The notes beneath the pieces were generated by a model. That model saw nothing but the letters and a program-made list of their open reading frames with translations. It made no database searches and was not told the origin of the DNA. A DNA stretch of 64,000 nucleotides from Podarcis muralis (Eukaryota). The stretch is from assembly GCF_964188315.1 (NCBI RefSeq), contig NC_135655.1, positions 46,190,001 to 46,254,000 on the forward strand, read 5' to 3'. Below, piece by piece: positions 48,925-62,200 of the stretch. Both the position numbers and the translations under genes were made by a program. Each line of letters begins with the position of its first letter. Position 1 is the stretch's first letter.

Positions 48925-49235
48925 ACGTATTTTTCGCTTTATAAGACGCACCCGACCATAAAACGCACCTAGTTTTTAGAGGAGGAAAACAAGAAACAAG
49001 AAAGCAACACAAAGCCTCCTGAGCGAAGAGGGAGGAGTGCTCCGGCTGCACTCAAGAGGCTTTGTGTGGCTATCGCTGAAGCCAGAAGAACAAGAGGGAT
49101 CACTGCGCACCGATCCCTCTTGCTGTTCTGGCTTCTGGGATAGCTGCGCAGCCTGCATTCGCTCCATAAGACGCACACACATTTCCCCTTACTTTTTAGG
49201 AGGGGGAAGTGCGTCTTATAGAGTGAAAAATAAGG
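48925..49235. mobile_element. Short (311 bp) member of the same Tc2-like family as 25709-27909
   Basis: acgtatttttcgctttataagacgcacc ... gtgcgtcttatagagtgaaaaataagg; TA flanks; shares the subterminal block gcattcgctccata(a/g)gacgcacacacattt..ccctt.ctttttaggaggg. Confidence 0.85.
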
Positions 49236-49237
49236 TA

Positions 49238-49952
49238 GTTGTTGGATGGTGGCAGGACTAGACCATAACAGCTGGGAAACTCAGGAGCGTTCCTAGACTA
49301 CATCAACAGCTAGAGCATGTGGACAGGCTAGAACATGGTACTGTATGCCTACATCAAACATATGCAAAAGGTAGCAAATGTAGAGGAAAGAGAACAGTTT
49401 GAAGTAGAGAGCTGATCTTGCAATAAGAATGCATAGTAACTGACAGCTTCCTTCACAGTAAATGAAAACAAAACTGATCTGTTCCATTTGCTGGAGGAGC
49501 ATATTGCATCCATTAAAAAAGCAAACAAGTGTACAGTAGTTTGCGGGAGTCCAAATACTATGCTCACCCGGCAGAAAGGACAAAAGTTCACACAAGGAAG
49601 CTGACACGTCTAATGATGTTGCATCCATCTAATGCAGCACGTACTGGGCACCAAATGTTCATGGTCAGATGGGACTGTGTCCAACTTCCAACACATTCCA
49701 GTGACTAAAGCAAAGACAAATGCCACAGGTACACTGCAGCATATAAAACGGCAACCAGTTTGGGCTCAAGGGAATCATAGGTATTAACTATGTTTCATGT
49801 GTTCACTGGCTGTGATGTGACCATATTCTTTGCCAAGAATAGCAAAAAGTCAGCTTGGGACACATGGAACAAATTTATCGATGTCACAGGTGCATTTCTG
49901 ATATTGGCATAAGCCCCAGCACTATCCCTGGCAATTTCATGGTGCTAGTTAA

Positions 49953-49987
<35 letters not shown>

Positions 49988-50130
49988 GATGATGATGATG
50001 ATTTATTTGTACCCCGCCCATCTGGCTGGGTTTCCCCAGCCACTCTGTTGAAAACTTTGCAGCGCCTCTGTATGACAGAATCAGTAGATTGTGTAAAGTC
50101 AATGAGAACAGGCAGCAGCTGTTTTCAAAG
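49238..50130 (+). pseudogene. Fossil XPG/FEN1-like (PIN-fold, H3TH) nuclease coding region of an AcademX-like DNA transposon, interrupted at 49951-50046
   Basis: Ordered frameshifted motifs: LLDG (49239-49250), FLDYI/QLEHVDRL, NENKTDLFHLL (49461-49493), HKEADT (49591-49608), MFHVFTGCD..FFAKNSKKSAWDTW (from 49790), ENF..LYDR..VNENRQQLFSK (50050-50130). This matches a recalled TE-borne XPG-like protein consensus. Confidence 0.65.
49951..50046 (-). mobile_element. L2-type 3' tail fragment with (TAAA)n/(GAT)n simple-repeat tail, inserted in the nuclease fossil
   Basis: Minus strand cagagtggctggggaaacccagccagatgggcggggtacaaataaat; same tail as at 31620 and 59175. Confidence 0.75.
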
Positions 50131-50420
50131 TCACAATACCATTGATCTGGTCTAGGGAACCACCCACAAACAGGGCCTCAGTCTTATCTGAACTGAGTTT
50201 CAGTTTGTTGGCTCTCATCCAGCCCATTACCAATGCAAGATAACAGTCAAGCAGATCCACTGCCACACCTGGAGATGTAATGGAGAAATACAGCTGTGCG
50301 TCATCATTTATGACAACCAAAGAAGTTTCTATGTGAAAACTGGGCCTAAACCCTGATTGAAATAGATATAGAAAATCTGTTTCCCCCAAGAGTGCCTGGA
50401 TCTGGTCTGCAACTCAAGAA
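50131..50420 (-). mobile_element. L2 LINE RT fragment with internal deletion
   Basis: FQSGFRPSFHIETSLV...DDAQLYFS...WMRANKLKLSSDKTEAL are L2 RT motifs. Confidence 0.85.
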
Positions 50421-50454
50421 TCTTGTCCAAGAAGGGAACTGGCAACTGGTTGGT

Positions 50455-50457
<3 letters not shown>

Positions 50458-50494
<37 letters not shown>
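50458..50494. repeat. (TG)n microsatellite
   Basis: Direct reading. Confidence 0.95.
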
Positions 50495-50497
<3 letters not shown>

Positions 50498-53400
50498 TGT
50501 ATGTATTTCTGCTACTGAATTATTATTATTTTATTATTTATTGAATTTATATAGTACATTATATAATATAATATAGAATTATATAGTACATTATGAACAT
50601 ACATGTCCCCTTGTTTTATGTTCACTGTTTATACACATACATTCTATATGTCTTTTAATTAGCATCACCATTGAAAACATTCTCTTGATTCACAGTATAT
50701 TCACCTAGGAGCAAACAGTGTAAAAATTAAAATTCATTTATTTCAGAATGGGTGTGAGAGTGCATCCATATGAAATATTTAGACATTGTCCATAACAGGT
50801 TTGATGCTTTTAACCCAAAGTGCATATATGGTCAATAATCTTGACTTAACTGCTGCACCATTTGGATGGGCAACTAACTGAGGAGAGAGAGTTTACAGTG
50901 GGCATATAGTTCACAAACGCATAAAAATTAAGACTCTTGCAGCACAGTTGTATGTTACGCAAATACTGTATATAACAAATGTGTCCTGCAGCCAGAATGG
51001 TGTCCTCAGCTTGTTAGCTTTTATGGGTATGAAGCATTATATGCATTATGCCACATATAACTTTCAAGAAGACAAAAAGAGTTATACTTTAGAAATTTTG
51101 CTGGGAAAAGGATAGCAAATATGTTATTAAGAAGGAATACTACCACCAGCGAAAAGAAATAAAAAATAATAAAAACATATGTGTTTGATAGCACGAGACC
51201 AACATTAGAAGGGTCTTTGAAAGACAGAAGTTATTTAAGTAGTTACCTAGTTAAGTCATTTAAACATTACTAGCAATCTGTAGTCTATAGTTTGTACTTC
51301 TGAAATTCATAGTTTCATTTGCAAAAAAAAACACCACCCAACATCACAGCATATTACTTTTAATCATCATAATCTAATAATAGATTTCTCCATTCCCCTC
51401 ACTATACTGGAGGTATCTTAGAGATCTGTCATCTGATAAGTTCATTGCTACTCACCATCCAAACAGCTTTGCTGTGCTAATATATTTTGGGCAGTTCATT
51501 AGTTGTTCATCTGTTCTTTTCTCCTCCCCCTCATCCTAAGAGGCTGCCATAATACAACATACCATTTCCCCAGCATGAAAAAAATGTCAGGGATCCTGAC
51601 CTTAACGCCAGGAAAAAATGGAATGGAAGCCAATAGTAGCAACCACCATAGCGTTTTATCGTTGAAGTAAATCTCATCACAGCTGAACTGTGATTTTAGC
51701 AACAGTATTTCTTTATTACAACTATTGCTTAGCAGCAGTAATGTGTTAATGATACTGCATTGTTAAGTGAATAGCTAAAGATGGGACAAGGATGAAACAG
51801 AAGTCTCAGTTCTCTGATAATGTCAGTGATCACAGCAACAAAAAATTACTTTAAATGAAAACAAAGATACAGTTACAGATGACCAGCAATAGTAAAACAG
51901 GTTATGTATTCTCATTACACTGGAGAATTAGAGTTCCATTCTGGCATACAGGATTTAATAAAGCGTACTTTTCGATTCATACAAATTTCATCCACGTTGA
52001 AGAACGTGGAAATAGCTTTAGAAATCTATTACCTGTTTCAGTATCATTAACAGAACTCTTGACTAGTCTTCCAACAAAACGACATTACTTAAATAATGTA
52101 ACTGAAGTAAGTAGAATACAGTCCAAGTTCTGCTACACAACTATAATTTCATCCAGACAGACAAGTTCTGTTACCTACCTTTGGCTTGGCGGCATCTACC
52201 CGCCAAGGTAGGTAACTCCCTCCCATCAGACAGGCGCCTCCTCTATTGTTTTTTTGGTACCTGTTGAAAACACTTTTCTTTCAACAAGTTTTCGAACAAG
52301 TCTGTAGAGTCTTTTCCCCCAGCTGTTTTGGATTTGAACTGATTTTATATATCCGTTTTTGCTGTTCTTTTAAATTGTTTTGATATACATGGTTGGTCTT
52401 CTATACGAAAATGTTTTAGCTGTTCTGTGTATGTTTTTGTTGTCCTGTAAATTGCTTTGGGATGTCTCAGGAGAAGTGATCATAAATGAAATAAATAAAT
52501 GAATGGAGCAATACAAATTCAGCCAGAAGACCCCACAGTGCTAGATAAGTTTGTGCTCAATCTTTCTCCAAAGATCCAGATCGTGTATATTCAGAGTGAG
52601 TAAAGATCTGCAACCTCTGTCATTTCCACTGTGATCAACAACCCCACACAAACATCTCTCAGGTCTTTAGTGATATACTGTACAACTATAAATGCAACCT
52701 CCAACCTTATGGTGCATTTCGGTAGAACACTAGAAAGCCTTCTTTCACACGTCATAATCACCAGACAAAATTTTAATAATTCTCTTGATGTTCTACTCAC
52801 CAGGGCCTTAACTGAGAGGCTCATACGCATAGGCTTCCTGTTCTCTTCTACAAGTACTACTAGACCTAGACCTTTCTCACATTACAGAGTTCTCTCTTAG
52901 CCAGGATACGAAGCCACCTTCAAATACAGGAAAAAAGGAAACTATGGGAAGCCCTAGCCATGGTAAATTGTGGTGCCAGTGTAATAATGGATCAGGCCAG
53001 GAGGAACAGGGGAGAGGGGATTTGTATTCAAGATGGGAAAGAACACACACTCTTATACCCAGCACAATCCTTCAGCCATAATTAAGAACAAGCCATACGA
53101 CATCCTGGCAGATGCATAATATTAATCATAATCAGTACAACCATAACATTTCCCATCTCCTAACTACAGTTAGGAAATCTGAAGCATTCTCCATCTCCTT
53201 TCCCCCACCCCTTGAGATGCAAATTAACACTTTCCTGTTCAGAACTATAAAGCAACATTATGCCTGTACTGATATCAGCACTAAACCTTTAGTTCTTAAA
53301 ACCAACCTGCCTCTAACTGTGGTTACAAGCTCTATTTTTGGAATTACCTCCAGTTAGTATTATTATATGCAAGGAAAGAAAAGAAAAGGAGAGGTCTTAA

Positions 53401-56400
53401 TGAATCTGCAGCCCTCCTCAAATCATTCACTTCATTAATTAAAGGCCAAGCTGCATTTTCACGAGTTTCACTTTAAGGAGGAATGTGCTTGTTCAGTGAG
53501 AGACCTTCAACAGCTAAGAAAATCACATGAAGAGTGCTTCTCTGTTTGTCATCTAATTATAGCTTAGGCAGAGCTATGTAGTAGTCCCAGGGCAATCCCT
53601 GGACTAGCAAAAAGGGCAGAGCTCATGGAAGCTTCCAACTCTTGGAAGCTGTGCTATCCCAGAGAAAGTAACAGCTTCAGCAGAACCTCTTAATTTACTC
53701 TCAGGAAGCAACCCTCAGGGCCATGATGTAATTAGTAAGAGTTCTGCATTAATCCTGCACAACACTTCAGGTTTCTACCTAGCATTAAGAAGACAAACTC
53801 AGGAATTTCACATCACCTTTGTTCCAAAGGCCTGGGAGCTTCCCTGAGTCATGTCCGATGAGCTAGCTCAGGGGCTGCAAAGGCCATAGGAACCTTAGAA
53901 GTCAGTCTTTGGGAGCTTCTGAACACTTCCTTCTAGTGTCCATAATTTGGATGAAAAATAGAAGGCAGTTCTAAGGAGACAGTTGAAAGCTTCCTGAAAA
54001 ACAGAGATAATTTCTAACAACAGAAAACTAAACCAAACGTATTACTTCTTTGGCTCAGCTCTGTTTAATTTCCAACTCTTAACTCTTCTACATTGAGATT
54101 GGGCAATGGCTTTTCATTTGCAGCTGCATGCAAGACAAAAACCTGAGAATTATACCAGTCCCAACAGATGTCAAACTCATTATCACTTTCCAGTGTTACC
54201 TTCCTGACCACTCAAAGATATGCAAAGTTACAGCTCCAAATAAAAACTGAGGATAGTGTCAACCTGATCATTCTGCCAACCTCAACATGCTAACATTTTC
54301 TTTTAAAAAGTCTTCTTCAATGCTTTTAAAATGCATTGTTTATTGGTTTTCCCCCTTAACAGCATGAAGAAGGAAAAAGAAAAGATATCAGCAAAACATG
54401 TCCATTCACAAAACCATTTTACAAAATCAGGCACATGTGGAAACCAATAATAAAAAACAAGAAAGAGGGGAGAGGGAGTCAGACAGGAAAGGATAAAGCT
54501 CTGGCCGAGCCCGTACTACATGCATATTGCACCAATAGCTCTAGATGGGATCTCAGAAAAGTTGTGCCCTTTGCACCTCTAGGCAAAAGCAGCTTTTTCA
54601 TAAACTGCAAGAGAGGAAAGATTCTCCAACCAACAAGCTATGAGAGGAGCCATCCAGTCCTTCCAATGCTGTAAAACCTGTTGGTTAGCTACCAATAAAG
54701 TTTGCAGGATCCAGCTGTGTTGTCTCTCCTTCAAGTTCCAAAACACTTGGATATAATGTGTAACATGAGCATACAAAGATTTCAGAGACATTCTCAGGAG
54801 CAAATTTATTTGAGATTTACACCCCCAAATAAGCCACTACAGGGCGAAACCAGGTCATGATTTAATGCTGTCCCAGCCTCACCACAAAACCGGCAGGTGC
54901 TAGTGGATATAATGCAATCACTCACTGAAGATTTCGTGCCAAACAGTGGTTAGACTCACTTGTTTGTATATCAAATATTGCAGCATAAAAAACATTATTG
55001 TAAGCACCACTTAAGCAAGGCGCAATATTTAACATGGTAACATAGCTTCTATATTTTATGTTACATAATATATCTAGCACTACTTACTCACAGTGGCATT
55101 AAGCAGTAACTGCACCTAAGAAATAATAGCTTCAAAAGCAGACAATTCAGATAGCATAGAACTATAATACAGTGTCCAGGTAAAATGCTATCCACACTGA
55201 AACAGTTAAAAGACTTGAAGATAAGCATTTACTATGAAATGTTATGTTCCACCCACATTTATCATTGTACCATTTATAGTTGCTACCTCTCTGTTACCTC
55301 CCTGAAGACAACAAAAAACACCCATCACAAATGTGAGGAAAAAAGAAACAGCGCCTATGAAATGAATCTTCTCATTTCCTTATGAATCAACATGAATACA
55401 CTAATAATTCATCCTCACTATTAGAAAAAGAAACTACAGCATACTAGTCATGTGACTCTGTCTACCAATAGAGGCAACCCAGAAGGCATTTTCTGCTTAA
55501 CAGTCAACTAAATCCAGTAAGAAAGGGTTTCCTCTTTATGTCCCACAGGGTAAATTAATATACACATGTGCTAAGTTATCCCTAAATCAGTAAGGATAAC
55601 TCATTTTACTGTTCCAAGTTTAGAAACAGTGCATTCGGAACTTTCAGCTCAGTACAAGTTGCATTCAGCATGTAAAAACACACACCCATGAGCCTAAGAG
55701 CTGACCCCATCTCTGCAACTGCTTTGAACAGGTGTCAAACTTCTTCACTGTAGTCCAGAAAGCATAACTATCTGTAAGGAGAAATGTCTCTACCAAAGTA
55801 CTCCAAACACTAAGCAAGACTCAAGTGTCCACATTCCGTCACTTGAGTTTGTGATTTCTTTTCTGCTTGTCTTGTGACAGAATCCTATTGCGTGTCTCCC
55901 GCATGGAGCAATTGGTATTCCAAACCAAGTTTGAACACACAGCTGAAGTCCCTAAAGACCTTTAGCGGATTCAAGATAAGTACAAAAGTGAAATTATTTT
56001 CAGGGCCAGGACCAAACAGCACACTAGTAAAATTTCTTTGATTTTTAACCCATGACTAATCCACTTCTCTTTATGCCACTGAGTGATCTGATTTCTAACA
56101 TCACAGAGGAGTATCACAGCCTAGAAGCAAGCAGCTGAACACTCGCGGGAACTGGAGATATAATATAATTCAGTCCTTTTTTTATAAAAAGAAGAAGAAT
56201 TCATTTCTAAGCAATGATTGTTAAATTGCTGAACAATAAATTTCAACAAGTTTGAAACCACCACCTTGGCTGCACAAATCAGCTGAGCAGTTTCATAACA
56301 GTGCTTGCAACCAGGAGTTTGACTTTCTACCACCACCCATTTCCAAAAATAGGAGATTATGGCTTTTGGCTTAGGTAGGATTAAATCTCATATTTGTCTT

Positions 56401-56422
56401 TGGGACTACGTAAGGACGTAGA

Positions 56423-56436
56423 ATACATATACATAT

Positions 56437-56512
<76 letters not shown>
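56423..56512. repeat. Compound (CA)n(TA)n microsatellite
   Basis: Direct reading. Confidence 0.95.
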
Positions 56513-56514
<2 letters not shown>

Positions 56515-57032
56515 CAGAGAGCTAGAGGTCTTGCTAATCAAACTCTTTATACTCTCAGCAATTCAAAATCTGCATTAGTTTACAACTTATTTTTCAAAGA
56601 GAGAATTGCTTTACCCATCTGCAGTACAGATAATCATTACACCTTGATGTGCAAATGAAGCTCAAGAAACAAACTTGTTTCAGCAATCAACTCCATAATA
56701 TATGCATGGAAATATGTTTTATTATCTGTAAAATGCTTACATAACCTGCTTTACCGCATTACTGTTTGAAGAGAGTCAGGCAACAGAATTAATAACTGAA
56801 TATACTCTGTCAGTCAACATACTTTCATGAGACCAAAATAAATGGAAACTTCCTGAAAGGGTTAAGGCAACCCAAACTAAAAGTGGGACTTAGAACATTT
56901 TTAAAATGAATGAGGATAGACTGTGGTACAAAGTATATCTCAAAGACAAGTAGATTAATTTTGCTTTGAAAGACTGTACTTATCATTCAGTCATGACAAC
57001 TGAAATAGTTTCTCTTTAAACTTCCAGAGATA

Positions 57033-57145
57033 CAGTGGAACCTCGGTTTTTGAATGTCTCAGCTGCCGAACGTTTCGGAAGCCGAATGCCGAAAACCTGG
57101 AAGTGAATGCTTCCGTTTTCGAATGCGCCTCGGAAGTCAAATGGC
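57033..57145. mobile_element. Truncated Tigger-type MITE (37905 subfamily)
   Basis: TA + CAGTGGAACCTCGG; interior matches 37905-38020; right TIR absent. Confidence 0.7.
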
Positions 57146-57621
57146 TTCTGCGGATATCAGCTCCAGCCAGCATGGCCAAATGGGTCTGGGATGAAGGGAG
57201 CTGTGGTTCACAACATCTGGAGGCCATTGTGTTGGCTACCACTGTAAGTGAAAGATTTCAGAACCAATGTAATGATTTTATTTAATGAGCTGTCAAAAGT
57301 ATGACAATCTACTTAATACATTCCATTGTTAATAATGATATATACTGACTTACAACCAGTAGCATTAGATTTAACTGTTAGTTGCGTAACTTTTGTTATA
57401 TAACTGAAGCTACTGTATACTTAAGTATACAGTATACTTTTTATACTGCATTTTTAAAAAGGAAATGTAGGTGGCATTTCATCACCCTTTTTTACATTTT
57501 AATTGTGGTACTAGGCAGGGCCAGCCCCCTATTAGCACCATGAGACATCTGTCTTATGCAATGCCTCAGGAGGAGAGGCAGATCAGGCCTCGCAGCCTGC
57601 CCACTACAGCTATTTGGCTCA

Positions 57622-57623
<2 letters not shown>

Positions 57624-57656
<33 letters not shown>
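57624..57656. repeat. (GCT)11 trinucleotide repeat
   Basis: Direct reading. Confidence 0.95.
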
Positions 57657-59022
57657 ACTACTGCTTTTGCCAGTCAACCTTCAGAGCTGCTGTGAGTTTT
57701 GCTGCCAGCTGCCGTCCCTGCCTTGCAGACTCACTGCTGGTCCACAGGGCTCCCTGCCTGGTGATGGGTCCCACCTCCTCTCTTCAGGCACTGGGGGGTT
57801 GTCATTGTCTTCTCCACTGAGCTGCCTGGACAACTCCTTCTAGGTGTACCCTGTGGCTGGTGTAGACGGAGAGGCTCTTGGCAAGGGAAAGAGCACAGGC
57901 AGTGCGTATTTGTGGGCATCATGTGTGGGAAAGGCAATGGGATGCTGATTTTGCTTTCATCTCCACCTTCCCATTTCTTTTTCAACATTAATAGGTGAAA
58001 GCGGAAGCAGCTTTTTTAAAAAAAAGAGGGGGGTGGCAGATGACAGGTGCAGAGATGAGGAGATAAATCCCCATGATCCGATTCGTGCATGGGTAAAAGA
58101 AAGCAAAGAACATAAAATACAAGATCTCTAATGCAACATCTCCCCTCTTCTTAGCTTTGGGCTGAGGGAGCTTTGGGCAACCAAGAAAGAAAAGTTTGTA
58201 GGAGCTTGTTTCCCTGGGAGGGAAGGAAAAAGAAGGCTAATTCAGATAAGTGGCCGTATCCTGCTGCTAGCTTGAGTTCCAGTTTGACAAATGAAATTAC
58301 TTTTCTTTTTCCCGGGCTAGTTCTTGTTGTGCTTGCCAAATTGTCATTGTCCTCCTCATTCCTTCACAGCAGGAAATTTCAAACACAGAAATTAATTTAT
58401 GGCCAAAGGTAGAGTTTCGTTTCATTTCATTTCTCGCTTGCTGGCTTTCTAATACCCCCTTTCCTTGGAGGGCTGGCTGCTAAATAGGGCAGTCCCATGT
58501 AAGTCTACTCAGAAGTATACCCCAGTGAGCAGGTGTGCATAGGATGGCGCTGCACAGCAGGAACTTCTGTTGGGTTGCCATAGGGTGATTAACTATTCTT
58601 TTTTCGGTGTTTTGGGAAATGAGTAATGATTAGCCTCATGCAGTACCCTCACGTGTTTAAAGTGCTCCACGCATATTATCTAGGTAATCCTTGCAACAAA
58701 CCTACAAGGTAGTTCAGTATCCTCATAATATTGGAAGTGGAAATTCCCTAGTAAGGGTATTCTAAACTGCAACTGGACTGAGTTCATCAGAACTGGAGGA
58801 ATTCTCATTTCACAGCTTCAGTCTCATAGTAACTCATACTTAAAATAAAACTGATTTACACAAACTGTACATATTTTTAAACATATAGACAGAAATGTTT
58901 TGAAGCAGAGAGAGCAAATGGCGGCCTTTGCGGGGAGGCCCTACCCAAAAATATTTTCTTATGCAAACATAAGCTGGTGCAACAAAGATGACTGGGGCTT
59001 GGGTACTATGCACTATGGCTGG

Positions 59023-59066
59023 TTCTTCTTCTTCTTCTTCTTCTTCTTCTTCTTCTTCTTCTTCTT
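59023..59066. repeat. (TTC)14 trinucleotide repeat
   Basis: Direct reading. Confidence 0.95.
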
Positions 59067-59212
59067 GTGTGTGTACACTATTTGTTGCTTCTCCTGTGAA
59101 AGGAAAATTTTGTGGGCCCAATACTTGGGACAGTAGGGATTAATTTCTGTTTTTATTTTTGTACAAAATAAAACCCAGTCAGATGGGTGGGGTATAAATA
59201 ATAAATAATATA

Positions 59213-59214
<2 letters not shown>

Positions 59215-59268
<54 letters not shown>
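59215..59268. repeat. (TTA)18 repeat forming the tail of an L2-type 3' end
   Basis: Preceded by cccagtcagatgggtggggtataaataataaa. Confidence 0.9.
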
Positions 59269-59270
<2 letters not shown>

Positions 59271-62200
59271 CTTTTTACACACCATTCAAACAAGTGAACA
59301 CAGTGTGGGGTACATAAAATAAAAACAGATTGATTTAACAAAACAGGAATAAAAAAAGGAATAAAGGATTACATAAAAGCACTATAAAACTCACTAAAAT
59401 TATAACTATTCACACTCCAAGGATCAGTGGCCTATCATTTCAAAATCAACATCATTAGAAGCCTGACTGATGTAGTAAGCTTTTAGCTGGTGCCATTAGT
59501 AAAGAAGAGAGAACATATCCATCCCCTCAGTAGCCTGGAAGACTCACAACTTAGCCTGCTCACGAGTACTTCCATTGGTAAAGAAGCATGCAGAAGAACA
59601 AGATTTTCCTAAGGCTGCTAACACAGTTTCCAAACTGTTTTTAAATTACTCCATTATGATTTAAATTTGCTACGCAATTTACAATTATTAAAATCAAGTT
59701 CCTCTTGCTCGTTGTCACCAATTTTACGACCTTGGTTAGGATTCCCATACAAACAATTGTTAGCAGGCTGCTAATGTGATGATTTTCCTGTTCTTGGGAA
59801 AAATAGCACAGAACAATTTTCTCCCAATTGCAGCAGAGTCAAACAATGCATTTGATGTTGGGCTCATCAGGTGGTCTGTGACTCAAAGTGTTGAATTCCC
59901 ACGGTTTTGCAAAGTGGGATTTCAAAAACAAGAGTTTTAAAAATCAGTTGCTAAGTGCAAAAAACAGTGACTTGTTAACTAGGTGTGGGTGTCAGAAAGA
60001 GAGACAGAGACACAGAGAGAGTAAGACAAAGGGAGAACTGCACAGAAACTTTTAAGGTAAAAAACCAAAAGCTTCCTATTATGTCAGATTTGGGGGGGGG
60101 GGCAGGGTCTAGGCTTTGCAGTTTGTGGACTATGGAGAGGAATTGGCAGCATATGACCTGAAATGTTTTATTTCTGATTATTGTGTGAAGTTTTAGGAGT
60201 TGTTTTTAAGAATATGTTCTGGTGCCTTATGCATTTTTATTGTATTTAGCTTTATAAGCCAGCTCATGTAGTCATTTTTTTAGAGTGATTTAGCAGCAGA
60301 AAAATAATATAATTCCATTACTTATTTTTAAAAGGGTGGCAACATATTGCCCTGTAAATTCAACCTGAGCCCCTTGTAATATTTTTGTAGCTTGTAATTA
60401 TATTGCTCCTGCAGGTCACTTAAACCAAATGTGTGGCCACATGAATTTCAGCAGCGCACAAAGGGAGGTTGAGGTGCCATAAAAAGTAAATTGCTGCCCA
60501 CCTTCAGAGCAACAAAATATATTCAAAAAGGCAAATGGAATTCCCTACTCTCTACCAAGTCTCCTGAACTCACTAAGAAAAAGTGAGAGTTGAGTGAATA
60601 TTTTGTTCTCCAATTCCCACACCCCAACAGCTACTTGAGCTTGAATAAATACGACAATCATATTCATGTTACCTAACATAAAATTATGACTAGGCTTTCT
60701 AGTATAAACTTTACAGAGATGTCACTGAAATGAAAGTTCCTCAGTCTATGTTAAATGCTTGCCTAGAAATTTGAACCCCTGAATACTAAAGAGCATCTGC
60801 TCAAGCCAACAAACGTAAGTGGACATACCTTCCATATCTCTTGATTTTTAAATACGTTTTACGTTAGGCCTTCAGTCAGCCTCCACGGTAATGCACTGAC
60901 TACTTGTGCATTTTCTATTCCTAGCTGTCGAACTGTGCAAATTCTCAACAAGTTAATCAAATCAGCATCACTTTTCGGTAACGTCAATAACTGTTAAGCA
61001 GCAATAGCAGGACGGGTGCTGGCTGGGAGGTGGATACCAACCTTAGCCTCCCCAGACCTTTTCTGTTGTGTGGTACCTGGTGAATGGAAACCTACTGAAG
61101 CAGCCAGAAAGCTTGGCTAGCCAGTCCCACTAAGGGCTTTTGGGGAGCAAAGGGTCATCTGTGGTGGGATAACCCCAAAAGCAAAGGGTAAAAGTCCCTT
61201 GGGATCTCTCCTTTGGGGTGTGACAAGGGCAAGGGCATTCCTTGTAGGTGAACGGTTATGGGTGGACCTATTCCTAGGTGAGAGACTGGAGCAACGGACA
61301 GGCGTTGAGAGGGAGAATTTGAGTTTACCTTGCTTTCAAGTGAGAGGTAGAATGATGAGGAGCTGCATCTGTAGTGAGAGCATGAATACTACTCACAAAT
61401 GCACCTGCAGTGTTATCGCAGGGTGATACTGCCATTTTATATTGCTTTATTGTACTTTTACTGTATCTTTCTTTTGTATTAATTTATTGCTTTGGGGGTG
61501 GTCTTTGGACCAAATAAGTGGTATATAAAACCACTTTTCAAAAAGCTTGCACTGAATATATTCAACGAAGATGTTATGCAAATTCTATAGCCAGTCAAAA
61601 CAATAGCACAAAGAATTAAACAGCACTGTTCACTTCATGGTGATGTCAACATTAAGGTGTAAGATGCCAACATGGTTAGACATTTCACAAACACTACAAA
61701 AAGAAACAACTATTGTTAAGATCTTAAATATAGTTACGGTGGTGGTTTCATTTTGGCTTTTGAGATGGGTCAGGCTTTGTGGGTAGAACTGGGAAGCGTG
61801 CCACAGTAAGCTTTTTCCATCAATACAACCATTTTTCCACTTCATCTTCCTTCCGAAGAGCAATTGTGGTCTGAACTTGATTCTACAAAGGTTTCTTTCA
61901 AAACTAGTATATTTCTTCTTAACTAAAAAATTGCCCCTAAGGAAATGTGGTTACAGCAACTGACAATTTTATCTCCTTTCCAATGTCCCATCATTAATAT
62001 CCAAATTAACTTCCATGAGTGAAATTAAAGCGCTTACTATTATTAGAAGGGTAAATAAGTTGTATTTCAAAAAGGGAATGATCAGCTGCACCAGCTGACT
62101 TCTCTCAAGCAACACTGGATACAACTAAAGTTGCTTATTCTCTTCATCTCTGCATTCAGTTCTAGCCTTTATTTATCATTGGCTTTAAATAGAAAACAAT

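Noticed and set aside
48608-48925. 105-aa ORF ending in CSVC-x18-CPSC (zinc-ribbon-like)
   Set aside because: No recognisable family, low-complexity N-terminus, and the stop coincides with the MITE boundary. Probably chance or a decayed TE piece; cannot be tied to the adjacent nuclease fossil without a search.
53580-53660. Two short adjacent hairpins (AGCTTCCAA-CTC-TTGGAAGCT and a bulged TAGTCC..GGACTA)
   Set aside because: Stems of 9-10 bp can arise by chance at this scale, and there is no supporting context.
57556-59341. ORFs with poly-Leu/Cys/Ala/Ser, poly-Glu/Phe/Lys and poly-Asn/Ile tracts
   Set aside because: Translations of (GCT)n, (TTC)n and (TTA)n microsatellites.
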